A stretch of DNA of 64,000 bases from Auanema rhodensis (GCA_964057225.1 OZ059898.1:12586001-12650000); one strand, 5' to 3'; numbered from the stretch's first letter, positions 1-14,360 are shown. Translations and numbers: made by a program. The notes: a model not told the origin generated them from the sequence alone.

Positions 1-203
1 GCTCAAAGGATGTCCAACAGCGTTGCAGCTCAGGTATCAACTTCAGCTCTAACATGTACATAAAACTTTTTTTCAGATATTTACAATCATTAACCAAAAT
101 TTCGGCTCATGATAATCATACGGTTGTAGTTCCTATTCCATTAGAAGCTTTAAGAATTATTCTACAGCGTTTTCAAGAAAAAAATAATTTTATTGACTTC
201 TAG
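1..203 (+). CDS. 3' end of a stomatin/band-7 (SPFH) family gene, partial
   Basis: Exons 1-33 and 78-203 splice (GT..TTTCAG) to LKGCPTALQLRYLQSLTKISAHDNHTVVVPIPLE...DF*. ALQLRYLQ is the stomatin C-terminal signature. Confidence 0.85.
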   Translation, partial: SKDVQQRCSSGINFSSNMYIKLFFRYLQSLTKISAHDNHTVVVPIPLEALRIILQRFQEKNNFIDF

Positions 204-482
204 AATATTCACCTTTTTGTTTTTTTTTCTTTGAAAAATTGGCCAACAAAATAAAATTTATTAAATATATATTTATGTGCATATATAGTATATACATGAT
301 TCATGTGTATATGAGATTATAATATTATATACTTAAATACTAATTATATCACATGAATTAAATAATTAAAAATAATTAAATAAATAAATAGATAAAAGAA
401 TTAGTTATAGATAGATATTTACTTTTGTATACGCATATTTCCTGATGAATTTGTTAGACTAAAAGAATTTTGTTTTTGAATA

Positions 483-572
483 TGCAACCGTTCAGATATT
501 CTTCAAAATACGAAATAAGATGTCAATAGGATTGGCGCGAAGTTCACGTCACTTTCACGTAAAATTGACGTG
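483..572 (+). other. Dispersed YAACCG...RCGY element, best copy
   Basis: TGCAACCG at 483. GCGC/ACGT/ACGT/ACGT at 535, 546, 557 and 568 (exact 11-bp period). Confidence 0.65.
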
Positions 573-591
573 CTGTTACATTTAATATAAA

Positions 592-2554
592 TCAATTGTA
601 AAATGATGTATGAGTAGGAAATGGATGATTTTCGAAATTAGGTGCAGGCTTTGGTTTTTCAAAGTTCAAAGTATTTTGAGGAGGTGATGACTCATTTCGT
701 GCTCGTTTATGTTGAACATCTGCAAAAAATAAAATTGGAAAATACATAAAAGATTTCAAAAAATAAATATATATGTATGTAATATAGTTAATAATATATT
801 CTAAATATATTTTAAAAGAAACTGAAAGTAAATCTTACTTTCTGGTAGCATTCCAATATCCAGACATCGTTTTAATCGACAAGCTCGGCATATCTTACGA
901 TAGCCTGTACCTAAGAATAAATAAAGCATAAATCTTTATAATTATATAATAAAAAATAATAAAATATCTTTTTCTTGCGTTCAATTTTTTTTTCTGAAAA
1001 TTCAACAGAATCATGTAGTTATAGAGGGAAGTTTAAAGAAAATATAGGTTGATATATCCTATATAAGGTTGTGACTAATCAACAAGTCAAAATAAATAAG
1101 TTGAGTGCAAAACGATTGAATACGAACCGTCTTTGCTGGCATTGTTGCAGCGCTGGTTCCGTTTGCAAGAATATTGTTTATCGTCGCTTACAGTTCGTCG
1201 GAAAAATGCGGCACATGCTGCACATGTTCTTGCTCCAAAATGAAGCCCATTCGCTTGAGTTGCTTGACAAACCTAGAATTAAGAGAAGAATACATGCATA
1301 AGTATGTATCTTATAGTTGACATTAACTATTATAACTTCTTAATTTAACTAATATACTATAGTAAGTTTTTTGAAAATTATTAAAACCTGGCAATGTAAT
1401 GGAATTCGAAGCCCGGAACTACCAACGCCATTTTTGTTTGGCACAGTGTTCGTCTTCATGTTAGTTTCAACCTGAAAATTACATATTCGAATGTTCTATA
1501 AACTCTATTTGTATCTGAGAGTCTTTATATTTATACAATATACAAATAATATATAATAATAATACAAAATATTATTTGGAGTACTGTACCTTGATAGGAT
1601 TGTTAACTGAGGGGGCGGAGTCAAGGGTTGCCATTGGATAATGAAATACTGGATTAATGTGATTAATCAATAAGTTATCCGCATGAACACTTGAAAATAA
1701 TAAATTTATTTAAGATAAGTTATAAAAAAGGAGAAAAACCTTTGATTATTATACATTGCAGCATCATGTTCCATATCTTTATAAACTAAATTCTGATTAA
1801 CTAAGTTTTCATCCAAAGGTAGTGGCTCGAAATGATAATCAATATCAGATATTCCAAAGTCTAAATAAGAAATTAATAAGATTTTCTACTTGTCTTTCTG
1901 AAAATATTATAAGATTTCAAATAATTACATGAAGAGAATGGAATATTTGATAGTATGTTTGGCTGAGGTGGTAAAGCACTTGTCTCCGGAAGCGCAAACG
2001 ATGGCGTGGACTGCAGCATGCCATCTCGAAACGGTAAACCAGAGATATCAGGTCTTAATAAATTGCCTAAAAGAATAACTTGAAAAGTGTATGTTAAGCT
2101 GGATATGCTGGATATGCTGGATATACCATTTTCAATTCTCTTTTTTTTTCTTATTTATCCATATTTTTGCTTTGAATATTTGACGTTGTGCACAGTCATA
2201 TCTAATATGATATTGGAACAAAAATGGCAAAAAATAATTTCAAAAATACTTCATCTCAAATGGATTTTATATTTTTCTCCTATTTTGCTCGGCAGATTGT
2301 AGTTTTGATTTGAAAGACAGAAAAAACTCGAAAACAATTTCTGTTAAACCGAAAAACCTACCTTGCGATGCGGGATGATGTACTTGAGAAGTTAAGTGAG
2401 AACCAACATGAAATGGAAAATTGAAATCTACATGACTTATTGGCGCATTTGTTAGACTGTTAGTAGGAACTTGAGATTCAGGTATAGATATGGATGTAGT
2501 CGGCTGTATAGAAGGCCTTTCTTGGCTGTAACTTGGCACCCAAATCTCTTCCAT
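592..2554 (-). CDS. odr-7: ODR-7-type nuclear receptor (C-terminal DNA-binding domain, no LBD), ~8 exons
   Basis: Spliced exons give CQVCQATQANGLHFGARTCAACAAFFRRTVSDDKQYSCKRNQRCNNASKDGTGYRKICRACRLKRCLDIGMLPENVQ near the C-terminus, after a long low-complexity N-terminus. Stop TGA at 594-592. Confidence 0.9.
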
Positions 2555-4263
2555 TTTTCTAAAATAGGATTATCAGTATGAACAGAAATGAGTAGAAGCT
2601 TATGAAAAGAATAGAAATGATATAATAATTTTTGGAATAAATTCTCTACAATTTCAAATTAAACTTGAAATATGAAAAATGTTTTGATTAGCATCAACTA
2701 CATAGTATCGTCTTTAATTATTTTCTTCTTTTTTTTTTGAAAAAAAAGAGAACAATCACAAAATTTTATAGTCATTAACACGAGTTAAATTTATTTCTTT
2801 ATGTACGACCTCTTATTATACAAAATAAATTTTGTCTAATAGATACACACAAATGTTTGTAGCTCTAAATAATTAAAATTTGAATTAAGTAAGTCTAAAG
2901 AAGATTTCTATATGACAAGTTCAGATGTCAATATGCTTGGAGGTGAAGCTGGTGCTTCTATTCTACTCACGAAATCATTAATTTGCATTATATCAGTTTG
3001 ATATATAAGTAATTTATATATTAATATTATTAAAACTTAAAGAAAAAAAAAATGAAGAAAGAAAAAATTATTTTTCTTCCGAATTAAGAACTGGAGGAGT
3101 TGGTTGCACGGCGCATGGAAGACGTCAATTCGTTTGCCAGCTTTCTCTCCACTTCATTTTGCCTCAACTTGACTAGACTACAATTGACCTGATAAGGATA
3201 CGGTAATCATAAACTTGGTTCTTTCCCCACAGATTATTATTATTTTTCATTTTGTCTCTCAAGAAGAAGGAGGGTGTATGTAATGTGAGTATGTAGAGAG
3301 GGAGAAGAAACAGAGAAATATAGAACTATTCGATCATAATGATCAGTGCAGTAATGATCAGTGCAGCATTCTCGAGAAAAACTAGAAATTTGAAGTATGA
3401 TATTGGAACCAGTACGGAAACCTCATGTATATACAAATTCTGAGTAGGTATTATAAGTAGTTCTAGGTTAATTAATTTAAAAATTAATTAATTTAAGACA
3501 ATTCAAATGAAATCTGTATTCTATGGATTCCATATATCAATGAGATTAATTCAAAGAAAAACAACAAATTTATATTTAAAATTAATTTTTATTTCTTGAA
3601 AATCGTCTCATCCAGAACTAACTAAATAGCTCATTGTTCAACGAAACTGATTTAATAGCTTATGCTTATGAAATGGCTTGATAGATCAAGAATATCTTTA
3701 AGACGCAAAATCTCCAAGATTCGTATATGTAAAGCTCTTGAAATCATTTAAGAAAATCAATTATAAGCTTAAGAGGTAATTGATATACACACCTTTAATC
3801 CTTGACTTATTGCTGACTAATGTAAGAAAGATTTTGACCTGGATTACGGTATTTAATTTAGTCTAAGCCTCATCTGATGATGACCTCAATAGCTAGAAAG
3901 CTACATATGTTTCATTTATTTACTGTACGAAATGCTAAAAGATGCTGAAGTTATGGATCATAATGTCTAAAAGATGACAGATTGTTCTGTTTTTGATCTT
4001 TTTTTTTTCGACGGAAATTTCAAGTTTTTTTTGTTGAAATCTAGGTTTGAGGCTTGTTAAAATAGTTTCACCTCTCGTTGACACATTGCATCCAGTTCAC
4101 CGAGCACAGTCTAATCCCTATTTGGCTATCTGTCATGGTATGCTCAGTCAATCCGGAAAGATGTCGAACGAAATCCGGCTATATCTATGAAATAAACATA
4201 TAAATACCCGACGAATATAATTGAATTATTTCGAAATTTCGTTTTTGAGAGAAAATTTCAGAA

Positions 4264-5295
4264 ATGCATATATATTCCACATATAGCCTTCTTATTATGC
4301 TGATGGTTTTCATTCAACTAAGCGGTATGTTTAGGTATTTATTGATTCTTTTTATTTTATTTTTTTTTCTATTTTCTTTCAAAAACACACACACATGCAC
4401 ACATATATACACATATACACAAGATATACACAGACACACTACTTTTTTTCGTGTTTTCTCAAAGCCTTTTCAATTCAGACACCGAAAAAGCCCAATCAAT
4501 GCCTTGTTGTCTGGAATCATTGGGGATAACAGCTTGTTCCAAACTTCGAACACATAAACCTTTATGGTTTAAACACAGGTTCCTTCTTAATGCTTCTTTG
4601 GTTTCAAATTTTTTTCACTCAAGCATTTTTCAAATAAACGAACCTAAAATCTGCTCTCTCATATGGCTATTTACTCGAACAGCTTGTCCAATTTGACAAT
4701 TCTTCGAACTATTTGCCATCTAATTCACTGTGATTGACATATTAAAAGTTCAAAGCTAGAGAAAAAAGCTAGGATATATCTTTAAAATGTGAAGAAACAC
4801 TAGAAAGAAAACATAAAGATAATCTTTGTCGCTTATGATATCTTATTCAAAATCTATATTTTATGTGTGAGACGGTAGCCGATTTTGCGTTAGTACAATG
4901 CTGCCATTCGTGTGGTACGGATGTTCAAGTAAGTTGTACTCTCTCTTATCTCCAAGAATCTGTGCTTGGCAGTTATCACTGTTACTTCTCAATAATATTC
5001 ATTCAAGGCGTTTGGACAGAAAATATTTTCCAATGGAGATCGTAGTCCTCAATGTTTTGATCGACATAACAAGAAATATTGTGACAACTTCGTAGATCAA
5101 GTCTGTTCCAATGAATATCCCTGTATAATTCTATAAATGTTTTAGAGAGATTCATGGACTAAAGATGGACAGATGACCTGCTCAGGGAATGGAGCATCAT
5201 TAGCTTTTCGTATTTGTCGAAAAACATGTGGATATTGCAATGAAACCTTATATCAGTTGAGCTTGTATGATGCAAATTGTCCAGTTATTGGATAA
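4264..5295 (+). CDS. Small secreted cysteine-rich protein with C-terminal ShK-like motif
   Basis: TTTCAG 2 nt before the ATG. Signal peptide MHIYSTYSLLIMLMVFIQLS. Exons give PCCLESLGITAC...RCETVADFALVQCCHSC...CFDRHNKKYC...AFRICRKTCGYC...CPVIG*. One acceptor (~4864) is non-canonical (see findings). Confidence 0.75.
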
Positions 5296-8200
5296 TAGAA
5301 GAATAGAAATGATGATAAAAGTGAAGTGTACATAATGTATATATAATAATTATTATTATATTTATATAATTATATTAATTTATATTGTTTTTGTTTTTGT
5401 TTTTTGTTTTCATCATACATTTGTGTCATATCATAACATTTATTTCAACAAATCTTTTAACACATTCATCATAATAACTTATTTTCTTGTAACATCGCTA
5501 CATTTCTATAAAAGTTTGCACGATTGCTCTGTGAAGTCTTTTGATGTTTTCAACAGATTTTTCATTTTTAATTTCATATTGATTTATAATGTTTCCTCGT
5601 ACTTAACTTAAGCTTTTCTTAAGCTTATACAACAAAGGATGTACGAGTTCAAACCTTTGTAAAGCTAATTATATAGAATATATTGTATTAATAAAAATAA
5701 TAAAACAAAATAAAATTTTAGAATTATAGTAAATAAATCAATATTTGTATAGATTATAGAGTACAAATAATATCCAACAACTTACTTCTTTTTTTTCTTT
5801 TTTTCTAAAAAATAAAATTTTTTCTAATATTTGAATTCAAATAAATGCATATTTTTGAATCTCTGCAAATGATTTTCACGTACATTTCACGCAAATCTCA
5901 TTTAGCTCATCGTCTTTTTCATTTTGATTAGTACTAACCAGATGATCGGTTGCCTTTTTTTTCAAATTCAGACATTGCTTTTCCCGCAAATCTATTATTT
6001 ATTATATGAAATAAACTATATTGACTCTTTATTATATAATATTTTTTTAATTTCGTAATCATAGAAGAAGCACTATTCACTTACATTCAGTATATATATA
6101 TTATATTAAACATATGGAAGTAATTATAATATATTATATATAATGCTTAATAGAAAAAAAGGAAACGAATGTATATGCTATAGTTTAACTATATGTTTTT
6201 GACTTGAAGATTGAAGTTCGAATCTCATCTACTCTTACATCTTCCTGTAATGCACATTCGCATCTTTTTACTAATTTTCCAACTTTTCCGCTTATATCAT
6301 CATATGGTAATGACGTTTTTGTTTCTTCTATTCATCTTGTCTTACTCTTCTCTGTCTGTTCATCTTGGTCTAGCTCTCAACTTTGTCAGCTTTTTCTTTG
6401 CATTTCTCATTTTTATCTATGAGATATGAAGCATATTCTTCCATTCTGATACTATTGAGTACTCTCCACAAACTAAATTTACATAAAATGCCACAAATAC
6501 ACATAAGCATATACATATTTTGCCCATCCAAATATGGAGAAAAGAATGACAACGTGTAATTCGGAGCAGCTACAGATACTTCATCAATCATTTTCACTTT
6601 TCAAACTACTTTTGCTTTTCGATATCCGTCTTCTATGTGTTTATATCAGGTATCACTTTGTTTTTTGTTCTTTACTTCTTTAGAATCTCATTTGCTTGAA
6701 GTTTTTTTCTCAATTTCTAACGTCTTTGGACTAAGTGCTGTCGAAACTATGAAGATCCATCTCGTCAAAAATTCTGAAGGGTTCTATCTTACTCAAAAGC
6801 TTGGATTGTTGTTTGGTTGAAAAAGTCAACGATTAACTCAACCAAACACAAAACGGGCTCATAAACTCCTTGTGACTATGTCTAATTCAAATTTCCGTTC
6901 ATCGCGAATGCTTTGCTTTTCCATCTTTATCTGACTGTTCATATCAATGAAGCTTGGGAAATTTTACAGATCACAGGGCTTCCTTAGTCATCAGATGTTG
7001 TTTCTCTCTCTCTCCATCCTTTTCTCCCCCTCTCTCTCTTTCTCTTTCCCTCTTTCTCTCTTTCACTCTGACTATTTTATCACTATTTAGTTCTCTCATT
7101 TGCGTATCATCTGGTTTTCTCCAGATAGTTTTTGGTGTACTCTTGAGAGTTGCTTCAATGTCTTCTATATCAGCATCTCTTCTTTCTTTTCTCTTGTTCT
7201 TCAACTTTCCTCTGATGCTTCTTCGTTGGAGCTATGGTCCCAGCAGGCTAGACTTCGTCAAATCCTTTATCCCACCCTCGCTGCTTCTGCTTTCGAATGA
7301 TACATATGAGATTCGACAAAGAAAACAAGACAAAAACGCCTTGCTTTTCTTCACAAGAAGAGCTTCTTTACCCTCTTTGCATTCTTTTTCTTCGCCTCTC
7401 TCTCTTTATGATAAGCTCTTTAGCTCTTTTCCTCTCTTTCTTTCTCCCTTTCTTCACTGTTCCCTATATCCCTCTCTCCTCTTGCTTGATCATGTTCCAG
7501 CTGCCGCTTATAAGCAATTTCCAGAAACGCAAAGCGTCCATATATATATGAACATACGAAAAAGGGAAGAGAAGCAGAGATAAATATAAAAAGAAAAAGG
7601 AAGAGAGGGAAAAATAGAAGGGATTGGGAAAGAGAGAGGAAGACAGCTTCAAAGAAAATGCTATGTGAATCCACAGGGTTTCCCTTCATAAAGCGTTCTG
7701 CGAGCGCCTTCTTACAAACTGATTTTTCCACTCGGACTTTTTCTACTACTTCTCCTACTTGTTTATCATCTTACGTTACCTACCCATATTTGTGTCTGTG
7801 ACAAGGATGCGTCAAGCATAGCATGCCATCTACGTTCCACTCACTACCATCGATTCCATTTGATTTCAATACTTAAAGCATTATATGAAAAAAAAATTCC
7901 CAACATATATTCACTTCATTCTATCTTTTTGAAATTTCCGAAAACGTTTCTGCTGATTCAGCTGCAGCTTCTGCTTGGTGCTGTTGCTGCTCCCGGTGAC
8001 AGCAGCCAGCCAGAGAAGCGAATTACTTATACTGCGTACTTCCATTCGAGCTCTCGCGCCTTTTATGGAATTCAATTTTCGCGTACTTCGTGATTAGATT
8101 TTCCTCACTCTTGTACTCCGTTTTCCTCTTACTTCCAACTTTACCCTTTATGTCATCTGGTTTTTTTTATTTTTTTAGCCATTATTTGGTAATTTTTTAC

Positions 8201-8321
8201 ATCTAATTCACAACAATTTATTAAACTAATTGACTGCCATAGTAGCCAGTTTATATTCATTTTCTAGTTGATTCTTATAGTTGTAATAGGTTCACACACA
8301 CGCACACACATGCGTGTATCC

Positions 8322-8325
<4 letters not shown>

Positions 8326-8357
<32 letters not shown>
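8326..8357. repeat. (GA)n microsatellite
   Basis: Direct read of the sequence. Confidence 0.95.
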
Positions 8358-8359
<2 letters not shown>

Positions 8360-9028
8360 AAATTGTGTTTAGCTGTATTTAGTTTATTTTTCCTTCTTAC
8401 CCTTCCTTCGTCTCTATTTGAGAATTTTTTATTTTTTTGATACCCTCTGATATGTACTTCGTATCCAGATGTGAGTTCAATGATGGACTAATCTCATTAA
8501 TCGCGCTCAAAGTATTTGAAATCAGAAAAAGTCTCATATTCCTTGACTTTACTTTGATTATGATCAATTCTTCTGATTAACTTTTAAGAAAAAAAAAGAA
8601 ATAAGAGAACTAAAATATAGGAATGAAGAATTTACTATTGATCAATACGATTATTTTGTTGTATTTGTTTGTTTGTGTTTTTTTCCTCTTTTTTTTTCTT
8701 CTTTTTCTCTTTTTCATCTATGACTTCTGGATATTATTTCTCTTTCTCTCTCTCTAAACACCACACATCTCGTAAAGAAATTGGTGAAAAGGACGCCAAT
8801 TGAGGCAATCTTCTGAATTTTCTCATTACGAAGAAGACATCCGATTCTGTTTTGCATCTCATTTCAAATGAATGTTCTCCCTCCATTCATTTCCTTCCAT
8901 CTTCTCTCGCTTTACCTCATACCCTCTAGTCGATCATTACCTCTCTTTCTAACCCTATTTATCTCATCTCTTTTAAGCCTTTATCTATCTCTCAAACCTC
9001 TTTAATATATATTTTGCCCAGCTCTCTT

Positions 9029-9070
9029 AAAAGTTAACTATATATATATATATATATATAGTTAACTTTT
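9029..9070. repeat. 42-bp perfect palindrome AAAAGTTAAC-(TA)11-GTTAACTTTT
   Basis: The arms are exact reverse complements around a (TA)n core. Confidence 0.9.
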
Positions 9071-9947
9071 CTATATAATATTAAACTTTAGTATATATAT
9101 ATAACTATTTCTATGATGAGCTGTATACATCTTTAAAGAGAGTCAGACATACATTTGTACATATCTATACTCTTGCCACTTTCACTATTTTCTTGTTTTT
9201 CTCTCCTAATATATCTTACTCTCTCTCTCTCTTTTTCTCTCTCACACGCTTCTTTTTTTGAAAGTCAAATACCTTACTTCACACTTGTTTTTTTTTTGTT
9301 TCTCTATAAAGTATGTCCTACCATTTTTCATTGCTTATTACTTGGTAAAGTCATTGAATTTTTCTCCGGAAGTTTTTTTTGTCCAAAAAACAAAGAAAGA
9401 GTAAGCAGAAATAAGAGAATCAGAATATCTTCTCTCAATTCCCGGAAGAGAGCAAAATGCAGACAGCAGCTGATGGAGCAGAGATGGCTTGAATCCGAAG
9501 TGCTGAAGCCTGTTAGCTAGCTGGCAAGTTCTGGAAAGTAGTCATAACTTTATTTTTAAGGAATTCTCAAACATATTTCACTCAATTTACGTATCTACTC
9601 CTGCTCTGTCCCTTTTCCCGGGTTTTGTATGTCCACCAAATCTTTGTTAATATGCATAAATGATGTCATATGACCGCAAAAGCATCAAAAACTTTTCTGT
9701 TATAGCTAGAATTATGTTGAAAAGGTTTAGCATTGCTACGTTCACCTACATACATCATGCAAATTTGACGCGTCTCTCACGTGAACTGCTGGCTGTTATT
9801 TGTCATTTTTGAACTTCAAGTTCATGTAAACGGTTGCATTTTTCTCTTATTCTCTCGCCTACTCTACCTCAATCATTTTTCTATTCCTCTTTTGCTAATT
9901 CTGTCATGAATCTCATTCGTCTTTGCCTTCTTTCTACTAGCACTCTC

Positions 9948-9952
<5 letters not shown>

Positions 9953-10028
<76 letters not shown>
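9953..10028. repeat. (CT)n microsatellite
   Basis: Direct read of the sequence. Confidence 0.95.
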
Positions 10029-10030
<2 letters not shown>

Positions 10031-13000
10031 TTTTTGAAGTATACACGTCTTCTCCCTATCTACGACAGGCTTGAGTCGTTTTCGGTCAAACTACGCTTCG
10101 ACTCGAAGCAGCAGCTCTTCGCTTACTATGCCAGATAGCTGTTATTTATGCGAACTTTCAGTGAAGAGAATATCGATTGTCACATTGGCGCCGCAACACA
10201 AACATTACTCGGCTGGACTGCCTCTGGAGTCGTCGGGACATAGCTCACGATGGCCAAGGCTACTCTTTTAATGGCCTTGTTATCTTGTATCTATATATTA
10301 TTTCTTGATTCAATTATTATACAGCCTGCTTCATATGCTTTGACAAGTTTGATTTTCACCAGAACGTAGCCATTTTCTTCTGCAGCTGAGACTTTATAAA
10401 CTATTTCATTGTACATTACTTTTATTTTAAGCCTGACGTATATACCTCCAGTTTACGATATTAGATGCACATTTAGTTTGAATATACTTAGCAGCATAAC
10501 ACCTGACAGTCTGTTAACACCTCCATACAAAGCAGCAGAGCTTTTATGAGCTCATGCTACTTCTGTTGCGTTGCTAACTATCTCGCGTTCTTTACCTCTC
10601 ATTTAGTTTTTTATTCTCGTAGACTCACGCTTTTCCTTTATGTTTTTCTCTCTATATAGGTTTCTCTCATCGATATTTCGTTTTTGTCTCTTAGCAATGT
10701 TGGAAGGATTGGTTGGATCGACCAAGGCCTTTCCGCTTCAGTCATTCTTCCGTTGTGATCCAAAATGAGCTCTTTAATGTCGCAACGAGCTTCTCTTTCT
10801 CCCTCTCCATCTCTCTCTCATTCCCTCGCTTCAATCTCCAGATCCCCATATTGTCATGTCTTTTCTCTTATTCATCTAATGCTTCTTCTTCGTCGTTGAC
10901 ATTGTTGTCATCTTTAGCAATATCTTATCCGAAATACTATCTATCTAGCAATTTTGATTTCTTTCATAGTCCAAGCATTCTCTTGAACCTACGCTTGTGC
11001 TTGCATACTTTCAACTTGAATCTTCAAGCTGACCTTTCCACATTCAGTTATGAACTTATCTGTTTCATTTTAAGCAAGATATATCAACTTTGAACTTTGA
11101 TACTACCAGCTTGCCGTAGTTGGCGGTCTTCAAACAATGTGGTTTACTCTTTAATTGTTCAAGTTAAGATTATATAGGCTGTTTATGCTCGTCGAACACT
11201 TCTGTTCCTGCTTTTCCTCCAAATTCTATCTCAGGGAAGCTAAAGTACGAGCATTTCCTGTATTAGTTTTGCTCTTTCTCGTTTCTAATCGTTCGATTTT
11301 TACATTTTAGTGACTTATACAAGAAATATTGAATGTCTATGATTCTCCTATTATATTCTCTTATGTTTCATCTTGCATGACTTGAAATCGAAAGTGTTTT
11401 GAATGAAAAATTAAGAAAATTAAATATAGATGATTTTTATAGTTAAATTTAAATAATAATATAATGACATAACTTATTTTATATTCAAGTAATTGCTAAA
11501 AAATCTCAGTTAATATCGTTTTGCCTGGCTTTTCAGTTTTCTTTTGAAGCTTCTCCAACCTTAGAACAGCGCAATTAGCAGCTAAGATTCCATATAAATA
11601 TTTGTTGTCTTTGGGCATGGTGGATAACAAGAAAAAGTAGACAAAAAAACCCAGAAAGGAGTGAGGTAGAAGTGGATTTACAAGAATAAGCATTCGGGAT
11701 AAGGAACGTAGTAAATCTAAGCATAAAAAAAAGGTTTGAGGGAGGGATTTTAAGAGAAAGACGACTAAAAAAGAAAAAAAAGAGTGAAAAGAAGAGAGAG
11801 ACTCTGCATAAACATGTGTGAAAGAATTTGAAATATAGATATTAAAAACTTAAAGAAAGGGACAAAAACAAAGAAAGGTGATAGAAGCTCACATGTAAAA
11901 CAAAGCTTTCTATAGCCTGCTGTTCACTTGAAAGGGTCCTTCACCTTTCCATCCAAAACATCATCACGTCGTATTCAATAAGCTTCCAATGTTCTCTTCT
12001 TTCTTATTAATAGTATTTCTTTCTAATTCATAGATTAGGATTCAGATGCCAAATCATGTGTATACAAGGTACTTACTCACCTGTTTTACTAACTACAACA
12101 TGAAAACATACCAAATGCTTATTTCTATGGCCGTGCTGTTCTCATCCATTCTCATCCATTCTCTCTAATCAGAAGTCATTATGCTTGACGATAGTTTGTT
12201 CAGAACACAAGGCACTGCCAAAATCCTCTGTCAGGACATTGTTCTATTGCCGAATTTGGTCAATTGGATCGTGCCGAGACAAATTTTCGGCTTTACCCAG
12301 TCCTCAGGGGAAACAATCAGGAGTCTCTCGCGGCAGGCTACCAGGCGCTGGCCAGTCGAAATGCAGAATCGTTTCTCCTCCCCTACTGTCTCTTACTTCT
12401 TCTCTTCACTCCCTCCCTCGCTTTCTCTCTCACTCTCTCTTTCTGCTTATTCGCAACAACTCTGAAAGAGTCTGAAACAGCTTCTGGAAGAGATCCAGAT
12501 GAGGAACGGAATCCTAATTTGAAAAGTAGAAAACGAAACACACTGAGTGCTCACACAGCAAAGCGGTTTGCTCTCATAGATAGATGAAGCACAGGCTCAT
12601 TCTAGGCTCTCGAGGGTCCTGTTTTTCTTTCATTCACAATCTGTAGTAGGTTCATTTGACTCGAATTGAACTTCATAATGAACTTGATGAAACATAATTT
12701 GGTCTTTAGCATTAGGAATTACAAAAGATTACTGGAACATGTTGTCTTTGCATTCAAAATAGTAATTTGGCTTCTTCCAAAAAATGCTTTAAGTCTTGTG
12801 CATGATGATGCATAATTATTCTAATGCACAACTTCTAATAAGAATTCAGTGTACTGCTATTTCTTACACCTGAACTCATATGCACATATCACGCTATCTT
12901 TTATTCTGAGGAGCTTTTCGCCATCCGTCAGCTTCATTAAGCAGAATAGAGGGCCATTATGACCTGTACCTTAGAGCTTCCATAAGGTTGACTTTCTTAG

Positions 13001-14360
13001 CTTCTCTCTGTGTCATTCGGCCTTCATATATTCACACTTGTGTTCATCGATTCTTCAGTGTGAGCAGTCGCCCCTTTGACGTCGTTGTCGTCAAGTCTTC
13101 GCTTCCTTTTTCTCCTTTTCTCTGTCTCTCTCTTTGAATTTCCCTATTCTTTTTTTTATTTTTTTCATCTGGCACTCTCTTCTGATTGTCTTATATCTAA
13201 TAGTGTCTAGTCCATCCTTTCATAGACTGACTGGCCAGGCTTGTCCGACTTGAAGCTTCCCTCACCAAGTATCGGATCCGTCCAACTCTCTGCATCTCTG
13301 CTTCAGGATCAAGTCTCATGCATCTCTCTCCAGTTACAGTGCTGTCTACTCAACTACTTGCTGCCCCTGCATTTTCTCTCAACTTTTTTCGTTTTTCCCG
13401 TTTCCCTCCGTTGCATCCTCCACATCTTCATTGCTTCGTCTCTCGTTTTCAAGCATTCTAACTCTCTTCAAACACCATTATACATTCGTTCATCTCATTT
13501 TCTCTTTGGCTCCAACGTCTCTCTCTCTTTTCTCACTCTAGCTCAACTGTCTTTCTCCCTATCACTCTCTCATTCTCCCTCTCTCCCCAGTCCCCTTTTT
13601 CAGTTGGCCAGCCCCGGGGCGCTCCGGCCACAAATCCATCCATCTAGAGCCTTTTGCACAATGCTTTTAGTCCCAAGCCCAATTTCAGTCCACCCTCCCT
13701 TCATCCCTTATACGGACATGCATACACACAGACATATGTACATACGTGTACGTATATTCGTCTAGCCTCATATGGAGCATATTGATAAGCTTAAAGCATT
13801 TCCTACAGCATCTATCTTCTATAATTCTATATTTAATATTCAACTTTTCATTACATAACTAATTTGTTTCAGACTTCTTTATTTTATTTTTAAGCAATTA
13901 TTGTTTAATATTATAATATTTTATAATTAATTTCCAATCAGCTTTAAACAGGCTTTAGTCCCATCCGCTTCTGTCAACTTTTATTCTTTTTATTTCTTGC
14001 TCAACTACTATTCCAATGTCTCATCTTATTCACCAACTTTTCATTGTTTTCTATCAGAATGTCCAAGTAGCATTGCATTCAAGCTTGCTGGAACATCAGT
14101 TTCATTTCTATCCAACACTTTGAGAACAACCTCAATGCCTTGAACTAGTATATGAGATCTACCTCATCATCGTTTATTCTGCACTTTTTTCTGTTATAGT
14201 TCTGTTCTCACCTTACGAATATAATCCAATAATGTGTGATAACCAGATACGTGAATCCTATACTTTCTTTATTGATATCTGAACTTATTTCAATTCTTGT
14301 CATCGCTCTTCTCTTTATTGTTGTCGTCTTCACCGCCGCAGTAGTTGTAGTTGTCGTTTC

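Noticed and set aside
121-126. CAACCG/CGGTTG hits inside exons (also ~21913, ~25918, ~43071)
   Set aside because: Coding context without the downstream boxes; excluded from the element count.
6954-13765. Long Leu/Ser/Phe-rich ORFs (e.g. 209 aa, 174 aa)
   Set aside because: Produced by CT-rich low-complexity DNA that lacks stop codons.
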